From positions 1 to 64,000 of the IMG/VR virus record IMGVR_UViG_3300045918_000320: a stretch of 64,000 bases of DNA; one strand, given 5' to 3'. Positions 40,197 to 48,532 of this stretch are shown here, piece after piece. The notes under the pieces were generated by a model. The model saw nothing but the letters and a program-made list of their open reading frames with translations, made no database searches and had not been told where the DNA came from. The stretch is from a virus. Within the stretch, counting starts at the first letter, position 1; each line of letters starts with the position of its first letter. The translations under genes were made by a program, and so were the position numbers.

Positions 40197-40224
40197 TTGA
40201 CAAATTAATTATATTTGATATACT
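40197..40224 (+). promoter_or_regulatory. Sigma70-type promoter; transcript probably leaderless
   Basis: TTGACA-16 bp-TATACT; ATG 7 nt downstream with no SD. Confidence 0.6.
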
Positions 40225-40231
40225 GTAGCCG

Positions 40232-40597
40232 ATGAAAAAAACTAAAGACTTTACTTCAGAAAATTATGTTAGAATTATAGGTAATGAATCTTATAAAAGA
40301 ATTTTAGATAAAATGTCTAAAACTACAGGTTTAAGTTATACATATTTGGACTTATTATTGCGACAATTTGCTACAGAATTTGCTGACGAAATGGCAGTTT
40401 CTGAGATTGTATCAGTACCTCTTATGGGTAATTTTAAAATAGTTAGACCGGATGGATCAACTCCTAGAGTTAGATTTTTAGCCGGAAAAACTTTTATGGA
40501 AATTTTTAAAAATGGAGGAACAGATGCGAATAAATCTCTCAGAGAACTCGGTATTATTGCTAAAGGAGCTATTACAGAGCGGAAAGGAGATAGCTGA
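40232..40597 (+). CDS. HU/IHF-like DNA-binding protein
   Basis: ILDKMSKTTGLS...VSVPLMGNFKIV...RVRFLAGKTF matches the HU fold pattern. Confidence 0.65.
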   Translation: MKKTKDFTSENYVRIIGNESYKRILDKMSKTTGLSYTYLDLLLRQFATEFADEMAVSEIVSVPLMGNFKIVRPDGSTPRVRFLAGKTFMEIFKNGGTDANKSLRELGIIAKGAITERKGDS

Positions 40598-40865
40598 ACA
40601 GGCTGATGATAATGTTCAATTATCTTACTATATACAATTAGAAAAACAATTAACTAGACATAATTTTGCTAATTTCAAAAACCATCAAATGGAATGTCTT
40701 TGGTATCTTGCTGACACAGGAAAAATATTAGCAGATACAGCTAAAGAAAATGCAGGAGAAAATGAAATAGCTTTAAAAAAAGCTGAAAAAATTTCTGCAG
40801 CATATGATGAAATAAAAACGCACATACAAGAAGTAATTATAGCTAACTCACCACGAAAACTTTAA
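40512..40865 (+). CDS. Hypothetical protein
   Basis: Helical ORF overlapping the HU-like gene; GGAGG precedes the internal ATG. Confidence 0.55.
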   Translation: MEEQMRINLSENSVLLLKELLQSGKEIAEQADDNVQLSYYIQLEKQLTRHNFANFKNHQMECLWYLADTGKILADTAKENAGENEIALKKAEKISAAYDEIKTHIQEVIIANSPRKL

Positions 40866-40884
40866 TAATTAAGGGGGATTTTTA

Positions 40885-42507
40885 ATGTCAGAATTTGATG
40901 TTTTTTCAAACAAATTTGCTCAGGATATTTTTTTACAAAAGTATTCTATGGATGGACAAGAAACTTGGGAACAAACCGCACGAAGAGTTACAGAAGCTGT
41001 ATGTAATCAGCTAGTAGATAATCAAACAAAAGAAAAAATATTCAAATTAATTAAAGATAGAAAATTTATTCCGGGAGGAAGATATTTATATTCTGCTGGA
41101 AGACCGTTTCACCAAGTAAATAATTGCTTTCTTTTTAGAGCTGAAGATTCTAGAGAAGGATGGGCAGACGCTACTTATAAAGCTACTAGTGCCTTAATGA
41201 CAGGAGGAGGAATTGGATTCGACTATTCCGCTCTTCGACCATCTGGTGCAATTATTAAACGAACTGGAGGAACTTCTACAGGGCCTTTAGCTTTAATGAA
41301 TATTATTAATGAGACAGGTAGATACGTAATGCAAGGTGGACAAAGACGTTCAGCTATTTATGGATCTTTAAACTGGCAACACGGAGATATACAAGCATTT
41401 TTAAAATGTAAAGATCATTCTCCAGAACTACGAGCAGCTAAAGAAAAAGATTTTAATTTTCCTCTACCTCTAGAACTTACAAATATTTCTGTAAACTATG
41501 ATACAGAATTTTTTGTAGCTATTGAAAATGAAGAGCATCCAAAACATAAACAAGCTAAAGAAATATTTATGCAGAATTTTAGACAAGCTGTAACTTCTGC
41601 AGAGCCGGGATTTAGTTTTAATTATTTAAAAGATAATGAAACTTTAAGAAATGCTTGTACTGAGGTGACTAGTGAAGATGATAGTGATAAGTGCAATTTG
41701 GGTACTCTATGGATTAATCGCTTTAGAGATCGTAAGGAGTTTGCCGAAGGTGTCAAATTTTCTACTATTTTTCTACTTTGCGGTGGTATTTATTCTGACG
41801 TACCTAATGACAAAATACGTGAAGTAGGATTAAAAAATAATAGAATTGGATTGGGACTTGGCGGTATGCATGAATGGTTAATGCTTCGTGGAGAAAAATA
41901 CGAAGTTACTCCAGAGTTACACAAATGGTTACGAGTATACGAACAAGAGTCTAATTCAGCAGCATTTATTTATGCAAAAGAATTAGGAGTAGCAGTACCT
42001 AAAGGTATTAGAGCTATAGCACCAACAGGCACTATTGGAATTATTGCTGAAACAACTACAGGAATTGAGCCTTTATTCTGTAAATCATACAAAAGAAGAT
42101 ATTTTAAAGATGGAAAATGGTTAACTCAGTTTGTAATTGATGGATCTGTAAAAAGACTTTTAGATAAAGGTGTAAAGATAGAAGATATACAAGATAGTTA
42201 TGATTTAACTTTCCAACAAAGAGTTAAATTTCAAGCTGATGTTCAAAATTATGTTGACATGGCAATTTCTTCTACTTGTAACATGGCTCCTTGGGGATCT
42301 GATGAAAATAATGAAAAATCTTTAGAAAAAAATGCTAAAATTTTATTAAAATATGCAAAGAGACTACGTGGATTTACAGTATATCCTGATGGATGTCGTG
42401 GTGGGCAGCCTTTAACTAGAGTAGACTTATCCGAAGCTTTAGGTAAAGAAGGGCAAGTATTTGAAGAAAATATGACAGAATGTATAGGCGGTGTTTGCGG
42501 ATTATGA
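40885..42507 (+). CDS. nrdJ: Class II (adenosylcobalamin-dependent) ribonucleotide reductase
   Basis: FIPGGR, NNCF, GGGIG, QGGQRRSA, NACTE, CNLG, IAPTGT, AISST and C-terminal CxxxxC; no beta subunit nearby. Confidence 0.9.
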   Translation: MSEFDVFSNKFAQDIFLQKYSMDGQETWEQTARRVTEAVCNQLVDNQTKEKIFKLIKDRKFIPGGRYLYSAGRPFHQVNNCFLFRAEDSREGWADATYKATSALMTGGGIGFDYSALRPSGAIIKRTGGTSTGPLALMNIINETGRYVMQGGQRRSAIYGSLNWQHGDIQAFLKCKDHSPELRAAKEKDFNFPLPLELTNISVNYDTEFFVAIENEEHPKHKQAKEIFMQNFRQAVTSAEPGFSFNYLKDNETLRNACTEVTSEDDSDKCNLGTLWINRFRDRKEFAEGVKFSTIFLLCGGIYSDVPNDKIREVGLKNNRIGLGLGGMHEWLMLRGEKYEVTPELHKWLRVYEQESNSAAFIYAKELGVAVPKGIRAIAPTGTIGIIAETTTGIEPLFCKSYKRRYFKDGKWLTQFVIDGSVKRLLDKGVKIEDIQDSYDLTFQQRVKFQADVQNYVDMAISSTCNMAPWGSDENNEKSLEKNAKILLKYAKRLRGFTVYPDGCRGGQPLTRVDLSEALGKEGQVFEENMTECIGGVCGL

Positions 42508-42668
42508 AAGCAACAAAAATGTATAATAAATTTGTAAAAATAAAATGCCCATATTGTGAGTCAGCAGTAAAAGTAGATTTTAATTTTGCTAAAGAAAATG
42601 GCAGAGTATTTTGCGGAACTTGCTGTAAAAGCTTTGATGTAGAAATAGATGATACTGAAGAAGAATAG
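42504..42668 (+). CDS. Small Zn-ribbon protein
   Basis: CPYC...CGTC. Confidence 0.6.
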   Translation: MKATKMYNKFVKIKCPYCESAVKVDFNFAKENGRVFCGTCCKSFDVEIDDTEEE

Positions 42669-42670
42669 TG

Positions 42671-42699
42671 TTGACATATAAAAATTATTATGATACAAT
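42671..42699 (+). promoter_or_regulatory. Strong sigma70-type promoter
   Basis: TTGACA-17 bp-TACAAT with TG extension. Confidence 0.8.
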
Positions 42700-42703
42700 A
42701 TAA

Positions 42704-42786
42704 GAGTCTCCTTAAACTTTAGATTAGTTTTAGAGACTCCTTTGGTTAGCCAGCTAGTTGTTCCCTCCTTCTAGCTGGTTTTTTTA
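42704..42786 (+). ncRNA. Candidate ~80-nt small RNA with anti-SD (CUCCUU) motifs
   Basis: Promoter, hairpin GAGTCTC/GAGACTC, then terminator AGCCAGCTAG/CTAGCTGGTT + T-run with loop TTGTTCCCTCCTT; no ORF. Confidence 0.65.
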
Positions 42787-42797
42787 TTTGAGGTTAT

Positions 42798-43082
42798 ATG
42801 TTTAATAAATTAAAATTTAGTATAAAAAAAATTATAGACTTAAGAATTATAAAAGTAAAAGTATTAATTACTTCTCATAATTTAGATGCGTTTGAAGCTT
42901 ACTTGGATAAACTTCCAGTAGAAGGCTCTTCTATATTTGCTTTAGATATAGAAAGATCTAAGAACTATGGACAAAACCTCTATTCTTGGATAGATGTAAC
43001 TAAAATGACAAAAGTAGGTGATGTATATCATATTTTAGATTGCTTAGATAGAAAATTTGTAGTAAGGGTATTGACAGAATAA
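42798..43082 (+). CDS. Hypothetical protein
   Basis: GAGG SD; 94 aa ORF. Confidence 0.55.
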   Translation: MFNKLKFSIKKIIDLRIIKVKVLITSHNLDAFEAYLDKLPVEGSSIFALDIERSKNYGQNLYSWIDVTKMTKVGDVYHILDCLDRKFVVRVLTE

Positions 43083-43121
43083 TATAATTGATTTATGATT
43101 TAAATATAAGTGGAGGGACTT

Positions 43122-43337
43122 ATGGAAATCAAAAAAAATCAAATTTACATTTTTAAAAAGTCGATGGAAATTGTAACAGTAATTAAAGTAAATGAAAACA
43201 AAGTAGCTTTATTATTTAACGAAACCGAAAAAGAATATGAAGTACTTACAGTAGATTTAAATTTTATGACAGAAGATAAGTTTAAGTATATAGGAGAATA
43301 TCGTGGACAAAATAGAAAGTTACAACAGGTGGCATAA
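43122..43337 (+). CDS. Hypothetical small SH3-like protein
   Basis: GGAGG SD before ATG 43122. Confidence 0.5.
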   Translation: MEIKKNQIYIFKKSMEIVTVIKVNENKVALLFNETEKEYEVLTVDLNFMTEDKFKYIGEYRGQNRKLQQVA

Positions 43338-44037
43338 TCCTAATCACGGATTTGAATTACAGCCGGATGTTAATGGAGGCCCTAGAATAACTACTGAAAA
43401 TGGTATTTTGTATCAATCTGAATTTGTAATGCTGCAGGATATTATTGGTACTCTGGACGATATGGATAAATCTAGATTTTCTAGAACGGTAGATGCTCTA
43501 GAATTAGAGCCGGGATTATATTGTCGTTCTCGACAAGAAAAATCTGAAGACTCAGCTACTAGACGTACAATATCTCAAGACAATATAGATGGTATAGTTT
43601 ATGGCGGATTAATTTGTGGTACAGATAGATACAGTAAAGACGTAGCAAAATACGCACTAAAACACTTTGGAATATTTAATAATACTTCTAGATTTGTATT
43701 ACCTCTAAACCCTGGAAATTTCTTTGACTGGTTTTTATCAGGGGGATATTTTATCTTGTCTATTTTCTTTTTACCAGTATTTATTATTAACTATTTACTT
43801 ACTATACATAAAGATAAGAATAATACGAGTTCTAAAAAACTATACCTACTTTGTCTTTATGCTATGCGTAAAACAAAAATTATGAGATATTTTTATAGAC
43901 ATTTCTGTGAGCATATGGTAGAAATGTATGGAGAGGAATTTATATCTGAAATTTATAAGATATACTATCCAGCCGAGCATCCTTTAAATTTTTTTGCTAA
44001 AGGTATAAAGTATACTAATGGAGTATTTACAAAATGA
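43303..44037 (+). CDS. Hypothetical membrane-associated protein
   Basis: 244 aa with a hydrophobic segment (YFILSIFFLPVFIINYLL); AGGAG SD before GTG. Confidence 0.6.
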   Translation: MDKIESYNRWHNPNHGFELQPDVNGGPRITTENGILYQSEFVMLQDIIGTLDDMDKSRFSRTVDALELEPGLYCRSRQEKSEDSATRRTISQDNIDGIVYGGLICGTDRYSKDVAKYALKHFGIFNNTSRFVLPLNPGNFFDWFLSGGYFILSIFFLPVFIINYLLTIHKDKNNTSSKKLYLLCLYAMRKTKIMRYFYRHFCEHMVEMYGEEFISEIYKIYYPAEHPLNFFAKGIKYTNGVFTK

Positions 44038-44297
44038 ATAAGTTAGATAATGAAACACTTTTGGAATTAGTAGAGGTAGATTTTGATAAAATCAAATTCG
44101 AGAAAGAGAGCGATGGTGGAGTTAGTATTGTTTTTACTGACGAGTCCGAGAAGATCAAGTTGGAAAACATCGCTCTTAGGGCTTTTAAGGTTAAAAAAGA
44201 TACTGTTAAAGCTCGTGAGAAAAACCTAGTAAAGCTTATAGAAATTTTATTAAATGAAGCTTTTAGATCTTTAGGAGATGAAGATGTACAAGTTTAA
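44034..44297 (+). CDS. Hypothetical protein
   Basis: Coupled ORF, GGAG SD. Confidence 0.55.
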   Translation: MNKLDNETLLELVEVDFDKIKFEKESDGGVSIVFTDESEKIKLENIALRAFKVKKDTVKAREKNLVKLIEILLNEAFRSLGDEDVQV

Positions 44298-44478
44298 AAA
44301 AGAACCAGATTCTAACAATGAATTTGATATTTCAGAAGTTGTCTTTACTGTAGACGCTAATACTGCAACTGAATTAACTACAGAAATGTTTTATTTCCTA
44401 TTAGCTTGTGGATTTCAAAAAGAATCTATATTAAATTCATTATCAGCTCTTATCGAGGAACACAATGAAGAAGTCTGA
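44278..44478 (+). CDS. Hypothetical protein
   Basis: AGGAG SD; FYFLLACGF motif. Confidence 0.55.
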   Translation: MKMYKFKKEPDSNNEFDISEVVFTVDANTATELTTEMFYFLLACGFQKESILNSLSALIEEHNEEV

Positions 44479-44644
44479 ATTAATAGAAGCAGTTCTAAAA
44501 GAAAGCATGTCTCTTTGTAATAAAGAGCAAGTAATACAGAATTTAGAGATACTGGAAAGATTAGGAATGAAACCTCCAGTAACTAAAGACTATGAAAATT
44601 TTGAAGAACATTTTGGTGTAGCGTTTAAATGGGATGAGGAATGA
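44465..44644 (+). CDS. Hypothetical 59-aa protein (not in the ORF track)
   Basis: MKKSELIEAV...LERLGMKPP...FKWDEE*; GAGG SD; fills the gap between neighbours. Confidence 0.6.
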   Translation: MKKSELIEAVLKESMSLCNKEQVIQNLEILERLGMKPPVTKDYENFEEHFGVAFKWDEE

Positions 44645-44931
44645 TTACAAAAAAAGAAGCTTACGAAAATATGATGGGATTTGATTCTCATCCTCCTGTC
44701 ACTACTATGTCTTTAATAAATGAGATAGTAGATATTTCTAGTAAGCTTGGTCAGCAAGCTATCTCAATTTATGTACCAATAAAATCTTTAGAAAAATTTA
44801 AAAACTCTTTGCGTAAAAGAGGATTTGGCGTGCAGTATGTTACATTTAAAGCTATGCCCGAAGTAGCATATATAACTATAGTTTGGGATGTAGCAGATTT
44901 TATAGCTAGCGAAGCTGGTAAGGAGATTTAA
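44641..44931 (+). CDS. Hypothetical protein
   Basis: ATGA-coupled ORF. Confidence 0.55.
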   Translation: MITKKEAYENMMGFDSHPPVTTMSLINEIVDISSKLGQQAISIYVPIKSLEKFKNSLRKRGFGVQYVTFKAMPEVAYITIVWDVADFIASEAGKEI

Positions 44932-44934
44932 ATA

Positions 44935-45438
44935 ATGTTTTATACTTTTACAGCACTAGCAATATATTTTATTACAAAAATTATTTTAAGAGATAGTAGA
45001 ACTATAAATGTAAAAGTAGTTAGATCTTTAAATGCTCAAGTATTTTCTAATCCTCCTAGACCTAGAAATAATTCTTTAGAGAATGTTGGGATAGACTTAT
45101 ATGTAGACCGAGTAGAGGATTGCGGATCTTATTTTAGAGTATATACTGGAGTATGCGTACAGCCGCCAAAAGGATATTATTTTGACGCAGTACCTAGATC
45201 TAGTATTTATAAAAAAGGCTTGATATTGTATAATTCTTGTGGTATAATAGATCAGTCGTATACAGGAGAGATACAAGCAATGTTTTTTAAAACTCCTAAT
45301 TGCGAAGCTCCGGTAGTTGGAGAAAGATTAATACAACTAATACCTAGAGAAAATTTATTAGTTGAGTTTGAAGAAGTATCGGAATTAGAAGTTAGCGAGC
45401 GTGGGAATAAAGGTTTTGGAGAAAATAGTGGACGATAA
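44935..45438 (+). CDS. dut: dUTPase (trimeric type)
   Basis: Motifs GIDL, PRSS, GIIDQSYTGEI, GERLIQL, RGNKGFG. Confidence 0.9.
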   Translation: MFYTFTALAIYFITKIILRDSRTINVKVVRSLNAQVFSNPPRPRNNSLENVGIDLYVDRVEDCGSYFRVYTGVCVQPPKGYYFDAVPRSSIYKKGLILYNSCGIIDQSYTGEIQAMFFKTPNCEAPVVGERLIQLIPRENLLVEFEEVSELEVSERGNKGFGENSGR

Positions 45439-45907
45439 TCATAAAAAGATTATGAGATTCATGAAATCTAGTTGGACTAATATGAACATTAGATGTGGAA
45501 AGTATAAACATCTACAAACTAAAAGTAAGTCTAAATCTTATATGGGATTAGAAGTTTTATTTTCTAGAAAAGAATATAAAGATTTTTGTTTTAGCCACAA
45601 AGAGGAGATTCTAAATTTAGAAAAGCCTAGTGTGGATAGAATAGATTCTTCTAAGTCATACTCCCTAGATAATATAAGATTTATAGAATTGTCCGAGAAT
45701 ATACGGATTAAAAAATATGGTAATCAATATCATGGCGGTCAATTAAGTAACACTAAACGAGGAATAAAGTCTGTAGGAAAAAAATTTGCAGCCAGAATTA
45801 CTCATAGATCTAAAGAAAAACATTTAGGAGTTTTTGAGACACAAGAAGAGGCTTACGAAGCATATAAGAAAGAGTATATAAATATCTATGGAAAGGAACC
45901 ATTTTAA
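45401..45907 (+). CDS. HNH-AP2 homing endonuclease
   Basis: PSVDRIDSSKSYSLDNIRFI...EN, plus an AP2 domain FAARI...HLGVFETQEEAYEAY. Confidence 0.85.
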   Translation: MGIKVLEKIVDDNHKKIMRFMKSSWTNMNIRCGKYKHLQTKSKSKSYMGLEVLFSRKEYKDFCFSHKEEILNLEKPSVDRIDSSKSYSLDNIRFIELSENIRIKKYGNQYHGGQLSNTKRGIKSVGKKFAARITHRSKEKHLGVFETQEEAYEAYKKEYINIYGKEPF

Positions 45908-45908
45908 A

Positions 45909-46163
45909 ATGAACGAAAAACAAATATTAGAATCTCTGCAGGAAGCAGATAGAGCGTTAAATTTAGCAGTAGTTCGGATAAAGGAATTAGAAGATCTACT
46001 TGCTTTTTATGCTAATCCCCAAACTTGGGAAAGAAATAGTTTTAAGCTAGCCACAGCTATACCTCAAGATACGGATAGCTTAGTAGGATATGATGCTCAG
46101 AATAAAACACATTACAATTTTGGCGGAGCCAAAGCAAGGAGTTATTTTTATGGTAAAAATTAA
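45909..46163 (+). CDS. Hypothetical protein
   Basis: LAFYANP...GGAKAR motif; start moved to the second ATG. Confidence 0.55.
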   Translation: MNEKQILESLQEADRALNLAVVRIKELEDLLAFYANPQTWERNSFKLATAIPQDTDSLVGYDAQNKTHYNFGGAKARSYFYGKN

Positions 46164-46425
46164 AACACTACTAGTATTAGGCTTATTAAGTTTTAACGCT
46201 ATATCTGTTGAAATTCCAAAATTTCAATATGGAGATAAAGTAAGAATAAAAAAGTCTGTAACATCTTCTGAGATAGAATTTTATAATCTTCATAAAAAAA
46301 TTGCAACAATTAGAACTTATACTGAGGGAGTATGTATGGCATATTCTATAACCTATAAAGAATACTATATACCTAACGCTACTATCTGTGAAAAGGATTT
46401 GGAGTTAATTAATGGAAAAAAATAG
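46150..46425 (+). CDS. Hypothetical protein with signal peptide and SH3/KOW-like domain
   Basis: AAGGAG SD, hydrophobic N-terminus, KFQYGDKVRI. Confidence 0.55.
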   Translation: MVKIKTLLVLGLLSFNAISVEIPKFQYGDKVRIKKSVTSSEIEFYNLHKKIATIRTYTEGVCMAYSITYKEYYIPNATICEKDLELINGKK

Positions 46426-46807
46426 TAGACTACAATTCTGGCATGAAAGAAAATGGCATTGTGATTATTATTTTGATGGATCTGAACATACTACAATATT
46501 TGCTAAAGGTGGAATTACTTTAGCCGTTCTTGTACCCACTCTAGCTGAGATTGAGGCTATGGAAATAAGTGGAGAGTACGGACTACAACTAGGTATTGCC
46601 AAGTGTCATGAGGATGATAATTTTAATAAAAGAATTGGTAGAGTAGTTTCTACTGGAAGAATGGCAGAAGTAAAAGCGAAGGTACTAGAAAAATTTATTT
46701 TACATGATCAAATCTACATTACACTTAGAGTACATAATATTGATATACAAATTTATAAAAGATTTGACAAAGAAATAGCTAGAATCGATTGCGTGGAGAT
46801 TGTATAA
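46412..46807 (+). CDS. Hypothetical phage protein
   Basis: GIAKCHEDDNFNKRIGR motif, recurrent in phage proteins. Confidence 0.6.
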   Translation: MEKNSRLQFWHERKWHCDYYFDGSEHTTIFAKGGITLAVLVPTLAEIEAMEISGEYGLQLGIAKCHEDDNFNKRIGRVVSTGRMAEVKAKVLEKFILHDQIYITLRVHNIDIQIYKRFDKEIARIDCVEIV

Positions 46808-46871
46808 TGATTGGAATATGTTTATTTAGTATGTCTGTATATATTTTCCTATTAGGATTTGTGGTGTTAAA

Positions 46872-47057
46872 ATGAGAGTATTAATTGATACAAAAACTGA
46901 TACTACTTTTATACTTGAGTATGATCATATTACTTATATGGCTACACTTACCGATAAAAAAGGTAATGAGTTAAAGTATAGTTATATACAAGAACTACCA
47001 ATAGATTTACACGTATTTCTTGTATTTTTACATAATGAGTTTATAATATTAGACTAG
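46872..47057 (+). CDS. Hypothetical protein
   Basis: 61 aa ORF ending this plus-strand block. Confidence 0.45.
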   Translation: MRVLIDTKTDTTFILEYDHITYMATLTDKKGNELKYSYIQELPIDLHVFLVFLHNEFIILD

Positions 47058-47068
47058 ACGAGAGACTG

Positions 47069-47386
47069 TCACTCTTCTTTAACTTTATTTGTATCTCTAC
47101 GACAGCTCTCGCACTTCCTATGCGAACCTCGCTTTAGAGTAATCATATTCGAACAGCCATCAGCGATACATTGTACCTCCTGTCCAATCGGCTTGTGACC
47201 AAGCTTTAAACGTCTACCAGCATCATACTCGGCCTTATGCTTTAGAGCACAGTCAGGACATCTCCTGCCTGACCATCTCCGGCCTTTATCATCCAAATAT
47301 ATTATGTTAGTACCTTGCTGCCCTATCAGGGATCTAGTATGCCATTCCCGGCAAAAGGGACAAACAACTCCATCTAGATTATTCAT
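47069..47386 (-). CDS. Cys-rich Zn-finger protein under a late promoter
   Basis: CPFC, CPDC, CIADGC, CESC; GGAGG SD; TTAACAACTA motif upstream. Confidence 0.7.
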   Translation of the reverse strand: MNNLDGVVCPFCREWHTRSLIGQQGTNIIYLDDKGRRWSGRRCPDCALKHKAEYDAGRRLKLGHKPIGQEVQCIADGCSNMITLKRGSHRKCESCRRDTNKVKEE

Positions 47387-47394
47387 AGTAGCCT

Positions 47395-47411
47395 CCAGTA
47401 ATAGTTGTTAA
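47395..47411 (-). promoter_or_regulatory. Late promoter motif (TTAACAACTATTACTGG)
   Basis: Exact core. Confidence 0.75.
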
Positions 47412-47483
47412 GCTTACATAATATTGAACCTATAGTTTCGGCTAACCACTTATGCTGCATAGTGTACATAATATAATACTCGT

Positions 47484-47500
47484 TTAACAACTACCTGTGG
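47484..47500 (+). promoter_or_regulatory. Late promoter motif on the plus strand (TTAACAACTACCTGTGG), divergent
   Basis: Exact core; points into a non-coding region. Confidence 0.6.
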
Positions 47501-48040
47501 AATATGAATAATATTCTAGTACCCTTCTCTTAGGAACGTGAAATAGAGCTAACCACTCAGGGACGGTCGGGACACAGGCTACCTAGCCCATAAAACGATT
47601 ACTGGAATGTCGAAGGTCAGAAGACACCAGCGTAAGGCCTAGCAGAAGAATCTTATTTACCAGAACAACTTCAGATGAAACATAAACTAGTAACCCTGAA
47701 GTAGATAATCAAGTAACTTTTACAGGGACTAGAGATCTACTTACCCAAATATGACACACTACATAATATTGAATACATAACTCACTATAGCCTTTATAGG
47801 CTGACTACCCTAAAACATAACTCATACTATAGCCCCAAAGCCTAAAATAGCTGTATTAAGCTCTAATAGAGGCTTAGGACATGATACAAGAATGCTAAAT
47901 GAATAATAGACATTACATATTAGATAGTTATGAGAGTGCATAATATATAGATAAGTGTGTGTAGACATAGATATATATATTTTTATTCAGTTATAGAGTT
48001 ACCTACCCCCCTACCCTGCCAACAATATCTGTCACTTGAC

Positions 48041-48118
48041 TTGGCATGACACTTGCATTGCAATCGATAAGCCAAATAAGAAGTGGCATGCTAATTGTAT
48101 AAGCAATATTGATGCCAA
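48041..48118. promoter_or_regulatory. Four sigma54 (-24/-12)-like motifs in two head-to-head pairs
   Basis: + TTGGCATGACACTTGCA 48041-57; - TTGGCTTATCGATTGCA 48059-75; + GTGGCATGCTAATTGTA 48083-99; - TTGGCATCAATATTGCT 48102-18. Confidence 0.7.
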
Positions 48119-48326
48119 GAATATGTAATCTCTACCCGATAACTACTATTATAAGGTATAGAATATAGGTGCAATATAATTGCAAGTTGCAATATGTAAA
48201 GTAAACTATACATTATTCGACAAGATTTTAGGGTAAAAAATTAAAGATATTCAAATATAAAGCATATTATATAAACGTAAGATTATATTATTCAAACACT
48301 TGTTTTATTTTAACCTACATATATTT

Positions 48327-48392
48327 AACACTGTAATGTTAATATATTCAATATATTGCTAATTTACCATAAATCAACACTATAATGTTAAT
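48327..48392. repeat. 17-bp direct repeat AACACT(G/A)TAATGTTAAT, two copies
   Basis: 48327-48343 and 48376-48392, one mismatch. Confidence 0.7.
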
Positions 48393-48503
48393 CCTACAAT
48401 ATTGAACTATCTATATTAGAAGCTATCAACTTACTTTCAATCAATACAACTACTTTATATTATTCGAATGGTGAAATTATTTTAGAATAATAATAGTTTC
48501 TAG

Positions 48504-48532
48504 TTGCTATTTAATGCATCATGTTATATACT
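48504..48532 (+). promoter_or_regulatory. Sigma70-type early promoter
   Basis: TTGCTA-17 bp-TATACT. Confidence 0.55.

Noticed and set aside
5269-47500. Resemblance of the late motif to the AR9 non-virion RNAP promoter (AACA-N6-TA/G)
   Set aside because: Only some copies fit, no multisubunit RNAP genes are seen, and an intact dUTPase argues against uracil-DNA; probably coincidental.
47771-47793. T7-promoter-like string AATACATAACTCACTATAG
   Set aside because: Single copy with a mismatched specificity region and no T7-type RNAP in view; better explained as part of a local direct repeat.
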